From NCBI GenBank assembly GCA_030670085.1, contig DAOVCJ010000002.1, positions 4,975 through 68,974 of the forward strand: a stretch of DNA of 64,000 nt, given 5' to 3'. Made by a program: the position numbers and the translations under genes. Below the pieces are notes generated by a model that had not been told where the DNA came from, searched no databases, and was given only the letters and a program-made list of their open reading frames with translations. This stretch comes from Candidatus Aenigmatarchaeota archaeon (GTDB lineage: Archaea > Aenigmatarchaeota > Aenigmatarchaeia > QMZP01). Below, piece by piece: positions 19,549 through 29,299 of this stretch. The stretch's first letter is position 1. Each line of letters begins with the position of its first letter.

Positions 19549-20337
19549 GTGCGTGTTATGAAAATTAAGGTAATCAGGAAGAAGGGTGACGTGTTGACCT
19601 TTCTACTGAAGGATTCAACCCCTGCATTTGCGAATGCTCTCAGGAGGATAATGATATCCGAGGTTCCCACACTAGCGATAAAGTGGGTTGACTTCCATGA
19701 CAATTCCTCTGTCCTCTTCGATGAGATAATTGCACACAGGCTCGGCATGATTCCCTTGAAGTTTGACCCCAGCAAGTTCAACCTACCTGATGAGTGCAGG
19801 TGCGGCGGAAAGGGATGTCCCTTGTGCCAGGTTGTTTTTGCTCTTCAGAAGACAGGTCCTGGAGTGGCTCATTCAAGTGATCTTAAATCCTCAAACAGGT
19901 ATGTTAAACCAACGGATACCAGATTTCCCATTGTCGAGCTCCTCAAGGGACAGAACATAAAGTTTGAGGCCATTGCCCGTTTGAATACAGGGAAGAAGCA
20001 TGCGAAATGGCAGGCAGCAAACGCAAGCTACCAGTACTACCCTGATATAATTTCCGGGGACTGCAAGAATGCGAGCAAGGTTGTCTCCGAGTGCCCGACA
20101 GGAGCCCTGAAACTCAAATACAAAAAGGTTGATTTCAAGGACCCATTACTTTGCAACCTCTGCAAAAAGTGCGAGGAGGTCTGCAGCGGTAATCTGAAAA
20201 TCAGGGGAGACCCCACAAGGTTCTTGTTCAGGGTTGAAACTATATCCGGTCTGGAACCCGCGTACATTGTCCAAAAAGCCGCTGAAATTCTGGAGAAGAA
20301 GGCAGAAGAGTTTAAAAAGAGCGCGGGTAAATTATAA
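19549..20337 (+). CDS. rpoD: DNA-directed RNA polymerase subunit D (Rpo3) with a ferredoxin-like Cys cluster
   Basis: FANALRRIMISEVPTLAI...FDEIIAHRLGMIPL, plus CRCGGKGCPLC...CNLCKKCEEVC. Confidence 0.85.
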   Translation: MRVMKIKVIRKKGDVLTFLLKDSTPAFANALRRIMISEVPTLAIKWVDFHDNSSVLFDEIIAHRLGMIPLKFDPSKFNLPDECRCGGKGCPLCQVVFALQKTGPGVAHSSDLKSSNRYVKPTDTRFPIVELLKGQNIKFEAIARLNTGKKHAKWQAANASYQYYPDIISGDCKNASKVVSECPTGALKLKYKKVDFKDPLLCNLCKKCEEVCSGNLKIRGDPTRFLFRVETISGLEPAYIVQKAAEILEKKAEEFKKSAGKL

Positions 20338-20354
20338 AATAGAGCAACACGAGA

Positions 20355-20384
20355 CCCGACCTGGATCGATTGCATTAAGTCGGG
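20355..20384 (+). repeat. Hairpin element copy 6 (CCCGACcT-N14-AAGTCGGG) downstream of rpoD
   Basis: Stem pairs 7 of 8 with a 14-nt loop ggatcgattgcatt. Confidence 0.75.
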
Positions 20385-20405
20385 ATACGAAAAAAGGGGA
20401 TTGGA

Positions 20406-20600
20406 ATGAAATTGATAGGAACCTGGATTGTGGGCGGATTCTTTCTGCTCGCTGGAACCTGGATTGTGAACAACCTCAGGCTCGAAACCGGGGTTTCAGA
20501 AGTTTCATATGCCCTCGCACTCGTTATAGCGCTCATATTCTTTCTGATTGCAGGACTTTGCTGGATAAATGTATCGGTCGCAGCAAAGCACAGATTCTGA
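20406..20600 (+). CDS. Small hypothetical membrane protein (two TM helices)
   Basis: 64 aa and hydrophobic. Follows hairpin copy 6. Confidence 0.3.
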   Translation: MKLIGTWIVGGFFLLAGTWIVNNLRLETGVSEVSYALALVIALIFFLIAGLCWINVSVAAKHRF

Positions 20601-20668
20601 ACCCTCTTCTGAACAAACTTTTTAAACCTATTTAAATAATTATACAGATAAATCAGTAAAGGGAGAGC

Positions 20669-21091
20669 ATGGGAGAGTTTTCAGCAAGGGACATGAAGAG
20701 AAGAAGGAAAAAGTTCAGGTGGAAGTCTACTGCTCATAAGCGGAAATTCTTGAAGCTCTGGGAGAAGGACCCACTTGAGGGAGCCCCAATGGGCAGGGGA
20801 ATCGTATTGAAAAAGAAGGGCGTCGAGCAGAAGCAACCCCACTCCGGTATTATAAAGGTGGTAAGGGTCCAGATAGTCAAGAACGGGATCCAGGTAACCG
20901 CATTCGTCCCTGGAAACAATGCAATAAAGTTCATAGACGAGCACGACGAGGTCGAGATTGTAGGCGTAGGTGGTTCCCAGAGGGGAGCGGTTGGTTCAAT
21001 GCACGGGATAAAGTACAAGGTTGTCTCTGTTTCAGGCGTTTCCCTTTTAGAGCTCCTGAAGGGTAAGAAGGAGAAGCCAAAGGGTGCATAA
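20669..21091 (+). CDS. rps12: 30S ribosomal protein S12 (uS12)
   Basis: [43 protein letters not shown]. Confidence 0.9.
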   Translation: MGEFSARDMKRRRKKFRWKSTAHKRKFLKLWEKDPLEGAPMGRGIVLKKKGVEQKQPHSGIIKVVRVQIVKNGIQVTAFVPGNNAIKFIDEHDEVEIVGVGGSQRGAVGSMHGIKYKVVSVSGVSLLELLKGKKEKPKGA

Positions 21092-21092
21092 G

Positions 21093-21695
21093 ATGCCAGA
21101 GAAATTATTACTTTTCAACAGATGGGATATGTCTGAGGTTAAGGTAGAAGATCCGGGATTGAAGAATCACATAAACCTTGATCCTATACTCATACCGAGA
21201 ACAGGGGGCAGGTTTGCTACCAAACCGTTCCAGAAGGACAAGGTAAGCATCGTGGAAAGATTAATGAACAAGCTCATGGTTTCAGGTCACAGGGGAAAGA
21301 AACACAAGCTTACCTCTGGGCACCAGGCTGGAAACATCCAGGCTTTGTACAAAATCATGAAAAAGGCCTTTGAGATAATCGAAAAAAGAACAAAGAAAAA
21401 CCCTGTTCAGGTCCTTGTAAACGCGATAGAGAACGCTGCCCTCCTTGAGGAAGTCGCTTCCTACAGGCTTGGAGGTATAATAGCAAGAAGCTCTGTGGTT
21501 GTTTCTCCACAGAGGCGGGTTGATCTTGCCCTGAGACACGTCTCTCAGGGAATCCAGAAAGCCAGCTTTAAGACAAAGAAATCCCTTGCAGAGGTAATAT
21601 CAGATGAGCTGATTTCTGCAAGCAACAACGACTCCAAATCCTTCGCAATCCAGGAAAGAAACAGAATAGAAAGGGAAGCAGAAGGCGCAAGGTAA
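21093..21695 (+). CDS. rps7: 30S ribosomal protein S7 (uS7)
   Basis: ATG at 21093 (MPEKLLLFNRWDMSEVKVEDPGL). The S7 fold motifs follow directly after S12. Confidence 0.88.
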   Translation: MPEKLLLFNRWDMSEVKVEDPGLKNHINLDPILIPRTGGRFATKPFQKDKVSIVERLMNKLMVSGHRGKKHKLTSGHQAGNIQALYKIMKKAFEIIEKRTKKNPVQVLVNAIENAALLEEVASYRLGGIIARSSVVVSPQRRVDLALRHVSQGIQKASFKTKKSLAEVISDELISASNNDSKSFAIQERNRIEREAEGAR

Positions 21696-21702
21696 GTTCT
21701 TT

Positions 21703-23712
21703 CTAAACACCTACCACCCTTGTAGGTTCATTAACCTCTTTATTTCTCTCCAGCTTGTAGAGGGATCCCAGGATCCCCTCAGAAACCCTCTCCTCATGTG
21801 TGATCAGGAAGACCTGCTCCACGAAGTTGTTTATATTTTCCCTCAGCATACTAGTGAACTGCTCTATTGCATTCACATCAAGGTTGTGAGTGGGCTCATC
21901 CAGTATCAACCACTTCAGATTGGGGACAAGTGCCATTGAGAACGCGACTCTAAGGGCAAGACTCGCGATGGATCTCTCCCCACCTGACGCTACCCCCTCA
22001 ACGGATACCCACCCCTCGCTTCCTCTTATCTGCAGAACATAGTCTTTATCAATCACCAGCCTGACCTCTGAAAAATCACCATAGGGATAGAGTTCATTCC
22101 ATATCATTCCCATAGAATGGTTAACATTCTTGAGGAATTCCTGCCTGAGCTGGTCCTGAGTGACCTTGAGAACCTTTACAAAGGTATTCAGCTTCTCAGC
22201 AATTATTTCATCCTTCTTTATACTCTCTTTGTATTTCTTGAGCATCTCTTCTCTCCCTCTCAGGTCCTGCAGGGATTCTCTCCTGTCCTCGATCTTTTCC
22301 TCCAGACCCGAGAGTCTCGCGAGAATCTCCCTTTCCCTTGCGACTCTTTCCTGGAGTTCCTCCCTCAGATCCTTGATGTCTACATCGCCTAGTCTCCTCC
22401 GGATATCTTCCAGCTCCATCTTAAGGGCAGCCCCGCTTTTTTCATAATCCCTTCTCCTATCCTCAATATCCTTTATGTAATCCAGATCCTCCATAAACGA
22501 ACTAAGTTTTTCTTTTCTCAAGACCCTTTCCTTCAGCTGCTCTTCAAGGAGTTTGATATGCTTTTTACCCCTTCCCATTTCCTTTGCGAGATTGTTTGCC
22601 TTGTTCCTGAGAACCATCTCCTTCCCCTTCCTAACATCAACGAGCTTCCTTCTCTTCCCCTCTGTTATCTGGGATTCGCACACAGGGCATTTGTCTCCCA
22701 ATCTTTCCATCTCGCTTATCTGGTCCTTGATGTTCTTTATCTCTGCATTGATGGATGCGATTTTCTCCCTGTCCTCCTCGAGATCCTCCTTGTTCTTCTC
22801 TGCTTCCTCTTCAAGCGTTTCTATCTCCTTCTCCAGCTTCTCCAACACCTTCGGAACATCCTCTGGTTCCATACCCTTCAGCTTCTTCCTTCTTACTTTC
22901 AGGTTCTCCTCTATCTCCTCCATACCTGTCCTCACTGACTTGATATCTACCTTGATTTTGTTGATTCTTTCATCCATCTCATCATAATCCGCCATCATCT
23001 CGGACATTTTTTCCTTCTCAGTCTTTATACCCCTCAATCCCTTCTCAAACTCCCTCCTTTTCTCTTCCAGTTCTCTAACATCCTCGGAAACCTTCTTTAT
23101 CCTCTCTCCCAGATTCTCCTCCTTTAGCTCTTCCAGAAGTTTCATTCGCTCCATCCTTCCCTGGCTTATCCTGTTCGCAAGGGATACTGAGTTTTCCCTG
23201 ACCTTCTCGAATCTGTCAAGCTTTAACATTCTGTCTATGTGCTGCATCCTCTGTCCCTTCGGAATAGTCAGGAAGTAATCGAGCCTGTTCTGCTCTGAAT
23301 AGACAGCCTTTGAAAAGAGATCATAATCCATCTGAAGAATATCCTGAACGAGTCTGTTCACACCCTGTGGGTTGACCTCAAGAAGTCTCCCATCCTCCCT
23401 TATCTCTGCATGAGTTGTTCCCTTCCCGAGCTCTATGACCCTCTTTATCGAATAATTCTTCCCGTCAATCTGGAAACCCAGGGAAACCTCTGCCTTGTTT
23501 TTCTTCTGCGGTTTCTTCATTATCAGGTCATCTAGTCCAATCTTTCTTGATTGTAGGGCAGGGAACGTCCCGAAGAGAGCGAATGTAAGCGCTTGAACAA
23601 TGCTTGTTTTCCCTGATCCCATGATCCCTATAATGGCGTTCACCCCCCTGCTAAAATCAAACTCGGAATCCAGATGGGATTTCCAGTTCTTGAGAGAAAT
23701 ACGGGTAATCAT
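21703..23712 (-). CDS. rad50: Rad50 ATPase (short, 669 aa) with a CxxC zinc hook
   Basis: N-terminal Walker A GIMGSGKTS, a long coiled coil, the hook KCPVCES, and a C-terminal signature plus Walker B LILDEPTHNLD. Confidence 0.75.
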   Translation of the reverse strand: MITRISLKNWKSHLDSEFDFSRGVNAIIGIMGSGKTSIVQALTFALFGTFPALQSRKIGLDDLIMKKPQKKNKAEVSLGFQIDGKNYSIKRVIELGKGTTHAEIREDGRLLEVNPQGVNRLVQDILQMDYDLFSKAVYSEQNRLDYFLTIPKGQRMQHIDRMLKLDRFEKVRENSVSLANRISQGRMERMKLLEELKEENLGERIKKVSEDVRELEEKRREFEKGLRGIKTEKEKMSEMMADYDEMDERINKIKVDIKSVRTGMEEIEENLKVRRKKLKGMEPEDVPKVLEKLEKEIETLEEEAEKNKEDLEEDREKIASINAEIKNIKDQISEMERLGDKCPVCESQITEGKRRKLVDVRKGKEMVLRNKANNLAKEMGRGKKHIKLLEEQLKERVLRKEKLSSFMEDLDYIKDIEDRRRDYEKSGAALKMELEDIRRRLGDVDIKDLREELQERVAREREILARLSGLEEKIEDRRESLQDLRGREEMLKKYKESIKKDEIIAEKLNTFVKVLKVTQDQLRQEFLKNVNHSMGMIWNELYPYGDFSEVRLVIDKDYVLQIRGSEGWVSVEGVASGGERSIASLALRVAFSMALVPNLKWLILDEPTHNLDVNAIEQFTSMLRENINNFVEQVFLITHEERVSEGILGSLYKLERNKEVNEPTRVVGV

Positions 23713-23819
23713 AAGTAGTATATAACTTTAAATTTTTTAAACAGAACCAGATCTTATACAGTGTGGGAAAGATAAGTGTTCTAAAAAACTTAAATTATAA
23801 GTTACACAAATATTAAACA

Positions 23820-24419
23820 ATGGCTAATAAGGAATTAGAGAACTACATAAAAAAACAGCTGAATTCTGGTTATTCTCCAGAACAGATCAAAGACGTGTTA
23901 ATAAAAAGAGGATGGCAGGAAACCCATGTTAGCGAAGCAATCAGTTCTCTTCAGCAAGAAACCGCCGGTATGAAGCTCCCTAAAAAAGGCTCGAACAAAA
24001 AACTGATTGCTGCTGTAATCATAATTGTGGTGGTTTGCCTGGTAGGTGTGCCCCTTTTCCTTGTTTTCTATCTGGGAATGTTCAACCAGGCAGGCTCTGA
24101 TTTTTCAATTGCTACAGGATTTGGTATATTTGGTAGACCCCTACTCGGTGATTGGGAATATTCAGGAAACGAGTTTAGTGTAGCTTTTCCCAGTGCTTTA
24201 TCATATGATATAACAATAACAGAGGCCACCGCTGATGACTGTAACCCGATTACAAACAAGGAAATACCGGCAGGGACTATTATAGACTTGGAATTTAGCA
24301 GCTGTGAACTTCTCTCTGCAGGAACCGTTTATACGGTTGAGGTTGAAATCAAATACATAAGATCCGATCAGCCCTTTGAAGTGGCAGAATTGGGAACGGT
24401 CTCCGGGAACGCACTCTAG
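23820..24419 (+). CDS. Hypothetical membrane-anchored protein with a predicted extracellular domain
   Basis: 199 aa with one TM helix (IAAVIIIVVVCLVGVPLFLVFYLGMF). No recognisable domain. Confidence 0.35.
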   Translation: MANKELENYIKKQLNSGYSPEQIKDVLIKRGWQETHVSEAISSLQQETAGMKLPKKGSNKKLIAAVIIIVVVCLVGVPLFLVFYLGMFNQAGSDFSIATGFGIFGRPLLGDWEYSGNEFSVAFPSALSYDITITEATADDCNPITNKEIPAGTIIDLEFSSCELLSAGTVYTVEVEIKYIRSDQPFEVAELGTVSGNAL

Positions 24420-25114
24420 ATTTTCTTTATCTTCCCGGGTGTCGGCTCATAGCATATACCCTCAGCAAGTATTTCATTCACAACAGACTCTATCTCAGTT
24501 TCTTTCCCCTTCACGTTCTCCAGAATCTGTCCATACTCCACACCATCTTCGCCGCTCTCGATGAACTTCAGTATCTCCTTCTTCAGCAGAATCTTGTCAT
24601 CACCTTTTTCTTCACCCTTCTTTTCCGGTTCTGGTTTTTTCTTTTCGCTCTCTCCTCGTTCCTGTTTTCCTGACTCTGATTTCCCTGGTTTTTTCACCAT
24701 CTCCAGCTTCCTGAGCAGCTCCTGGTTCGGGTCCTCGATCTTCCTTACTATCTCAGGGAGTATGTATATCTCCCCCAGGTATTCCCTGACCTTGCCTATA
24801 ACATCAACCAGGTTCCCAATCTCAAAATCATCCAGGGGCTTTGTTGTCTTGAAGGTCTTTAACCTTATGGTTTCTGTTGTGTCATCCAGGGTTATTGAAG
24901 CGAAATTCCCGTCATCCGCCAGAAATCTAGAGACTACGGTCCCCATTATCCTGGCCCTGGATATTTCCTCCCCGCTCGGGGCAACCACAAAACTAGGTTC
25001 CATTCCCTCCTTCTTTACCCAGTTCCCGTTAACAAGCTCAGAAATCCTAACCTTCTTGGCGGTCATCCTCTGGACAGGCATGGTATAGAATTCGGGTTTA
25101 GATTTAAAAAGCAA
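24416..25114 (-). CDS. OB-fold nucleic-acid-binding protein (RPA-like) with a charged linker and a C-terminal winged-helix-like domain
   Basis: N-terminal OB-like region (RISELVNGNWVKKEG...ARIMGTVVSRF), a K/E linker, and a C-terminal wH-like segment. Assignment is by pattern only. Confidence 0.4.
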   Translation of the reverse strand: MLFKSKPEFYTMPVQRMTAKKVRISELVNGNWVKKEGMEPSFVVAPSGEEISRARIMGTVVSRFLADDGNFASITLDDTTETIRLKTFKTTKPLDDFEIGNLVDVIGKVREYLGEIYILPEIVRKIEDPNQELLRKLEMVKKPGKSESGKQERGESEKKKPEPEKKGEEKGDDKILLKKEILKFIESGEDGVEYGQILENVKGKETEIESVVNEILAEGICYEPTPGKIKKI

Positions 25115-25125
25115 ACCTCTGGATG

Positions 25126-25155
25126 GGCGACTTTATTCAATTGCTCCAAGTCACC
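25126..25155 (+). repeat. Hairpin element copy 7 (GGCGACTT-N14-AAGTCaCC)
   Basis: Stem pairs 7 of 8 with a 14-nt loop tattcaattgctcc. Intergenic. Confidence 0.7.
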
Positions 25156-25173
25156 TTTCGATTCGTTTGGATG

Positions 25174-25203
25174 GATGGCTTGTTCTGATTGGCCCAAGCC
25201 ATC
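25174..25203 (+). repeat. Hairpin element copy 8 (GATGGCTT-N14-AAGCCATC), in tandem 48 nt after copy 7
   Basis: Perfect 8-bp stem with a 14-nt loop gttctgattggccc. Confidence 0.75.
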
Positions 25204-25307
25204 GTTCGAAACTATGGGAGGTGTGGGACTTGTGAACCAAAGTTTTATAAAGGCGTTAATCCAATTTCTTATTTAATACCATTTTCAATGGAGTTTTGAT
25301 AGAAATG

Positions 25308-25448
25308 GCATGTCATGACTGTGGAAAGCACGTTCCACTAAGAATTTGTGAAAAACACAACCCACCTCAAGCAAAGATATGCAAAGACTGCTGTATCTCT
25401 AAGATGAGCGGACACGGCTGCCGCTGGTTTGAGCTCTGCTGGAAATAA
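25308..25448 (+). CDS. Small Cys-rich zinc-ribbon protein (46 aa)
   Basis: MACHDCGKHVPLRICEKHNPPQAKICKDCC...HGCRWFELCWK. Below the track threshold. Follows the tandem hairpins. Confidence 0.3.
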   Translation, partial: ACHDCGKHVPLRICEKHNPPQAKICKDCCISKMSGHGCRWFELCWK

Positions 25449-25451
25449 TTC

Positions 25452-26069
25452 TTATTTCTTTTTATCTTTACCCTTTTCTTTCGCTTCTGACTCAGCCTTC
25501 TCTAGGTCCTTGACACCCATCTTCTCTTCCACTGGCTTTTCTTCGGGCTTTTTCTCTTCCTTCTCTGGCTTTTCCTTCGGTTCCTTCTCTTCGGTTTTTA
25601 TTTCCTCTTCCTTTTCGGGCTTCTTCGGCTCCTCTGGTTTTTTCTCTTCAACTTTCTTCGGCTTTTCCTTCACTCCGAGCAGTTTACCAAGGGAATCCTT
25701 CCCGTACGTTGTTACCTTCACATTCACCTGGGATATCTCAGAGGATATTGTATTCCCTCTCACTGATTTTCTTTTTCTCTGCCCCCTCAGCTTGGGATGG
25801 AAGCCCGGTGGCATGGAGAGAAGAACCCCCTTTCTCGCGAGGCCTTCCACATCCCTTCGCATGGGAAACCCCTGCCTGTCAGAGCCACCTGTTATCTCCA
25901 GTTCGTAGCCTGCAAGACCAAGGGAATTCCCAGAAACATTGTCACCGATCTTCTTTCCTATAAGTCCTGTCTGTTTCTGGTCAATCTCCTTCTGGTATGC
26001 CTTCTTGCTCTTTGGGTCCGATATCACTAGCTTGAAGTTCATAAAATTCACCCCCAGTTCTATACGCAC
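25452..26069 (-). CDS. rps6e: 30S ribosomal protein S6e (eS6) with a K/E-rich C-terminal tail
   Basis: KLVISDPKSKKAYQKEID...LAGYELEITGGSDRQGFPMRRDV...RKRKSVRGNTIS. Confidence 0.85.
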   Translation of the reverse strand: MRIELGVNFMNFKLVISDPKSKKAYQKEIDQKQTGLIGKKIGDNVSGNSLGLAGYELEITGGSDRQGFPMRRDVEGLARKGVLLSMPPGFHPKLRGQRKRKSVRGNTISSEISQVNVKVTTYGKDSLGKLLGVKEKPKKVEEKKPEEPKKPEKEEEIKTEEKEPKEKPEKEEKKPEEKPVEEKMGVKDLEKAESEAKEKGKDKKK

Positions 26070-26233
26070 CGACGCTGCCGGGTTTAATAAAGCTATTTGG
26101 GGGTATATATTTATAAATGTTCCTTTCTCTAAATTCTGAACTTTAATTAAAACAAAACCCTAATTTTTGGTTCAATTAGCCTTTATAAATTTAACATTCA
26201 AAAAAATTAAATTCAACAATTAAAGGTGATGGA

Positions 26234-26491
26234 ATGGGTAAAGAGAATCTGAAAATAAAAAGTGACTATTACAGTAGGATAGAGATGCCTTGGATTAAAG
26301 GAAAAAGCAGAAGCCCTCTTGAATCATATGACTTGACCCTAGAAGATTTGAAAAACTACTTAGAAAAAGGGAATCAAGGCATAAAAGGGATAAAGGTAGG
26401 GAGAAAGGACGATTCCATAATCGTAAAGTATAAAGGTAAAGAAATTAATCTAACACCTATTGAGGAATTTGTAGAGCTCCCAGTGGAATAA
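26234..26491 (+). CDS. Hypothetical protein (85 aa)
   Basis: ORF only. Sits in a low-GC stretch. Confidence 0.25.
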   Translation: MGKENLKIKSDYYSRIEMPWIKGKSRSPLESYDLTLEDLKNYLEKGNQGIKGIKVGRKDDSIIVKYKGKEINLTPIEEFVELPVE

Positions 26492-26566
26492 TCTCAAATT
26501 TAATTAAACCCTCTTGGATTATTTGAGCCCATGAGCACTATTTTTGCTCCGAAGAAATCCCAAGTT

Positions 26567-27922
26567 TTAAAGCCCGAACCAGAACAAGAAATTGATTATC
26601 AGGAGTGCGAGGGTCACGTAGCTGACTACGCTCATTATCTTCTTCCAATTCTTCTTGGCGATTTTCTTTACTACGATACCCCACATTCTTCCACCATCAA
26701 GGGGTCCGATTGGAAGAAGGTTGGCAGCACCCACACCGAAGTTTATAAGGAAGAGCCAGAACAGCAAACCCTGGATAAAGACAATCGGTCCTTCAAATCC
26801 CTCCAGACCCGGATTCAGTCCAACAAGGGTTGAAACACCACCTATCCCAATAAATCCAGGTCTTTTGTAATCACCAAGCTTTGACTCTAGGGTTAAAATC
26901 CTATCATCTGCTCTTTCTTCCAGTCCAGGGACGTTTTCCTTTACCCATCCCCACATGGATATCACATACTTTGTACTTGTCCAACCTTGTGGGTCACTGG
27001 TACCCATGAAGAAATCTATAGTCCCAATACCCCCACGTTCGTGTCCTGCGAGAAATGCGAAATACAGAGAGGGCTTGAAGACAGGGTCAGATTCCCCTGC
27101 TGTTGTCAGAACAAAGCTCTGCTTACTACTTTCGTTTTCTGTGAATATGGTTATGGTCTGGTTCTCTCCTATCTCCCCCAGTGTGCTCCTTAGATCGTAT
27201 ATATCCTTGATGGTGTAATCATTAATACCCACAATCGTTCCAGAGAGATTGACACCCTCTGCTGGGTATCCCTCTAGCAAACCAACATAGGTGACACCAC
27301 CGGAGTAAAACAATCCTGACATGGACGCGATAAGAAAGAGGGAGAGGCCAGCAAGCATGAAGTTAGCAAAGGAGCCGGAGGCAAATACCCTTAACTGGGA
27401 CAAGGCGGGTTTCTTTTCAAGCTGCTTCTCATCAGGCTCCACAAAGGCAAGGGGAATTATGATAAAGAGCCCCCAACCCATTGACTTTATTTTAATCTTT
27501 TCCATCGCTGCCATTATTCCATGCAGCCCCTCATGAACCACAACAAGAAGAGCGATTATGATTATCCAGTACCAGAAGGGAACGAGTATTGCTCCTGGAA
27601 CTATAACGGTTTCAGCCCCCAGCGCGGGCAGGACAAAGGAAATACCAGGAACGGTTTTCTCCACCAGAAAGTTGGTCCCTATGAGCTCCACCAAAAAGTA
27701 AACTATGTATATGGATATCATGAAACCGAATATAACCGCGACTATTCCGAGTCCCTTCCAGAAGCGCGGGAACCTCCTACCGAGATTTATGAGACCTTTT
27801 TTCCCTCTCTGCGTCCTCCTTATCAGAAGAATGGACTGCCTCTGAACATTCTTCCTGTCCTTGTAGAATATCACTGCCAGTATTACAATGAAAACCAGAA
27901 TCGAGATGGTATACCAGTCCAT
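26567..27922 (-). CDS. Site-2 protease (M50 family zinc metalloprotease) with a PDZ domain
   Basis: HExxH motif in a TM helix (VVHEGLHGIMAA), multiple TM helices, and a PDZ-like insert. Confidence 0.75.
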   Translation of the reverse strand: MDWYTISILVFIVILAVIFYKDRKNVQRQSILLIRRTQRGKKGLINLGRRFPRFWKGLGIVAVIFGFMISIYIVYFLVELIGTNFLVEKTVPGISFVLPALGAETVIVPGAILVPFWYWIIIIALLVVVHEGLHGIMAAMEKIKIKSMGWGLFIIIPLAFVEPDEKQLEKKPALSQLRVFASGSFANFMLAGLSLFLIASMSGLFYSGGVTYVGLLEGYPAEGVNLSGTIVGINDYTIKDIYDLRSTLGEIGENQTITIFTENESSKQSFVLTTAGESDPVFKPSLYFAFLAGHERGGIGTIDFFMGTSDPQGWTSTKYVISMWGWVKENVPGLEERADDRILTLESKLGDYKRPGFIGIGGVSTLVGLNPGLEGFEGPIVFIQGLLFWLFLINFGVGAANLLPIGPLDGGRMWGIVVKKIAKKNWKKIMSVVSYVTLALLIINFLFWFGL

Positions 27923-28014
27923 GGATTATAATTTGTCCCACTACCGATAAATATGTTTAAGAAACCTTGCGGTTTTAAACGAAGCGTTAAAAAACTTACT
28001 GCTAAGACAATGAA

Positions 28015-28668
28015 ATGAAAATACTAGGAAGGAGAGTATATTCCGTGGATCTTTCACCCGTTGTCAAAAACTCAATCAGGGTTAGCGTTGAACAGAAAGA
28101 TGGGGATTGTAAAAGGAAGATAGAACCATATTATGAATGCACGGAAAACTGTGACGGTCTCTTTATGTTTGCCGACTGTATATTTTCTGAAGAAAACCTT
28201 TCAGGAGAAGCATACATCTGGGCTAATGCCCTGACCAAGAAACGCGATTACATTGACCCGAGTCTTTTTTCTTTTTATGGTGTGGAAAGTTTCGAAGGAC
28301 TGGAAAAATTATATGAAGAATTAATGAAAAAAGGCGACAGATTCAAACTGGAGATAATACGCAAACCAGGAGATATAATATACAAGATAAACGGAGAAAT
28401 GGTAGCCAGGAAATCCGAATGTGGTCTGGTAAACGAAGAGCATGTCTTCAAGGGAGAGATCCTTGAAACCCTTGAGGCCATAGAAACAGATCTGCCTTAT
28501 TTTGTAAATAATAGTAGGAAGATGACACTCGAAGAGAAGATACGAGAGGTATCTGAGGTAGTCTTGGAAAAAACCGTAGCATGGGAAACAATAAAATACA
28601 TGTTCGAAGAAGACCAGGAGTTCATTTCAGCATTCGAGGAACACATGAGAAAAATAAGAAAAAACTAA
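28015..28668 (+). CDS. Hypothetical protein (217 aa)
   Basis: ORF only, with no recognisable motif. Confidence 0.3.
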   Translation: MKILGRRVYSVDLSPVVKNSIRVSVEQKDGDCKRKIEPYYECTENCDGLFMFADCIFSEENLSGEAYIWANALTKKRDYIDPSLFSFYGVESFEGLEKLYEELMKKGDRFKLEIIRKPGDIIYKINGEMVARKSECGLVNEEHVFKGEILETLEAIETDLPYFVNNSRKMTLEEKIREVSEVVLEKTVAWETIKYMFEEDQEFISAFEEHMRKIRKN

Positions 28669-28704
28669 CAACCCAAGTCCGACCCGTTTCTAATCTCAAT
28701 TAAC

Positions 28705-29151
28705 TTATCCATGGTCCTTAACTTCTTGACACTTTACTAGAAGCCTCGATGTTTTCACCTTAACCTCCTCAAACTTTACTAAAAACCTAGATGTTGTCTG
28801 GATGTCGTTTTTTTCATATGCTTTAAGCGCCCTAGCTAAAAGTGAATGAGAATATTCATTTGAATATTCTAATAAAAAAGAAGGCAGTACTTCATTGTTT
28901 CCTGAAAAATCCTCAAAAGCCTTTTCATAAATTTCTATACGCAGATCCATTAGAGAATCCGGGAATTCCCTGGCTGGTTTCTCTCCTACCCTTTCCTTCA
29001 ATTCCCTGTCCTTTCTCAATGCTATTTCTGCCTTTAATTTCAATATGTTCCATTTTCTGCCTATATTTTTGTAATTCGGATTTTCTTCTTCAAGTAATTT
29101 CCTAATGGTCCTGAAATACGATTTCTCTCCCAAACCTTCGTACTCACTCAT
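28705..29151 (-). CDS. Hypothetical protein (148 aa) with a C-terminal internal duplication
   Basis: TSRFLVKFEEVKVK / TSRLLVKCQEVK, from a tandem DNA duplication of about 30 nt at 28710-28800. Confidence 0.3.
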   Translation of the reverse strand: MSEYEGLGEKSYFRTIRKLLEEENPNYKNIGRKWNILKLKAEIALRKDRELKERVGEKPAREFPDSLMDLRIEIYEKAFEDFSGNNEVLPSFLLEYSNEYSHSLLARALKAYEKNDIQTTSRFLVKFEEVKVKTSRLLVKCQEVKDHG

Positions 29152-29299
29152 AATAACACCTAAATACCACCAATAAGTGATTAATAATAATGTTTATAAA
29201 CGTTGCGTTGAGCTCAGAATCCAAGTTTCGAGTGGCTGTTGTTTTTGGATCAGGGATTGTTTTAAAAATCAGCAAGTTGTATATTAGATAAGGAGTTTT

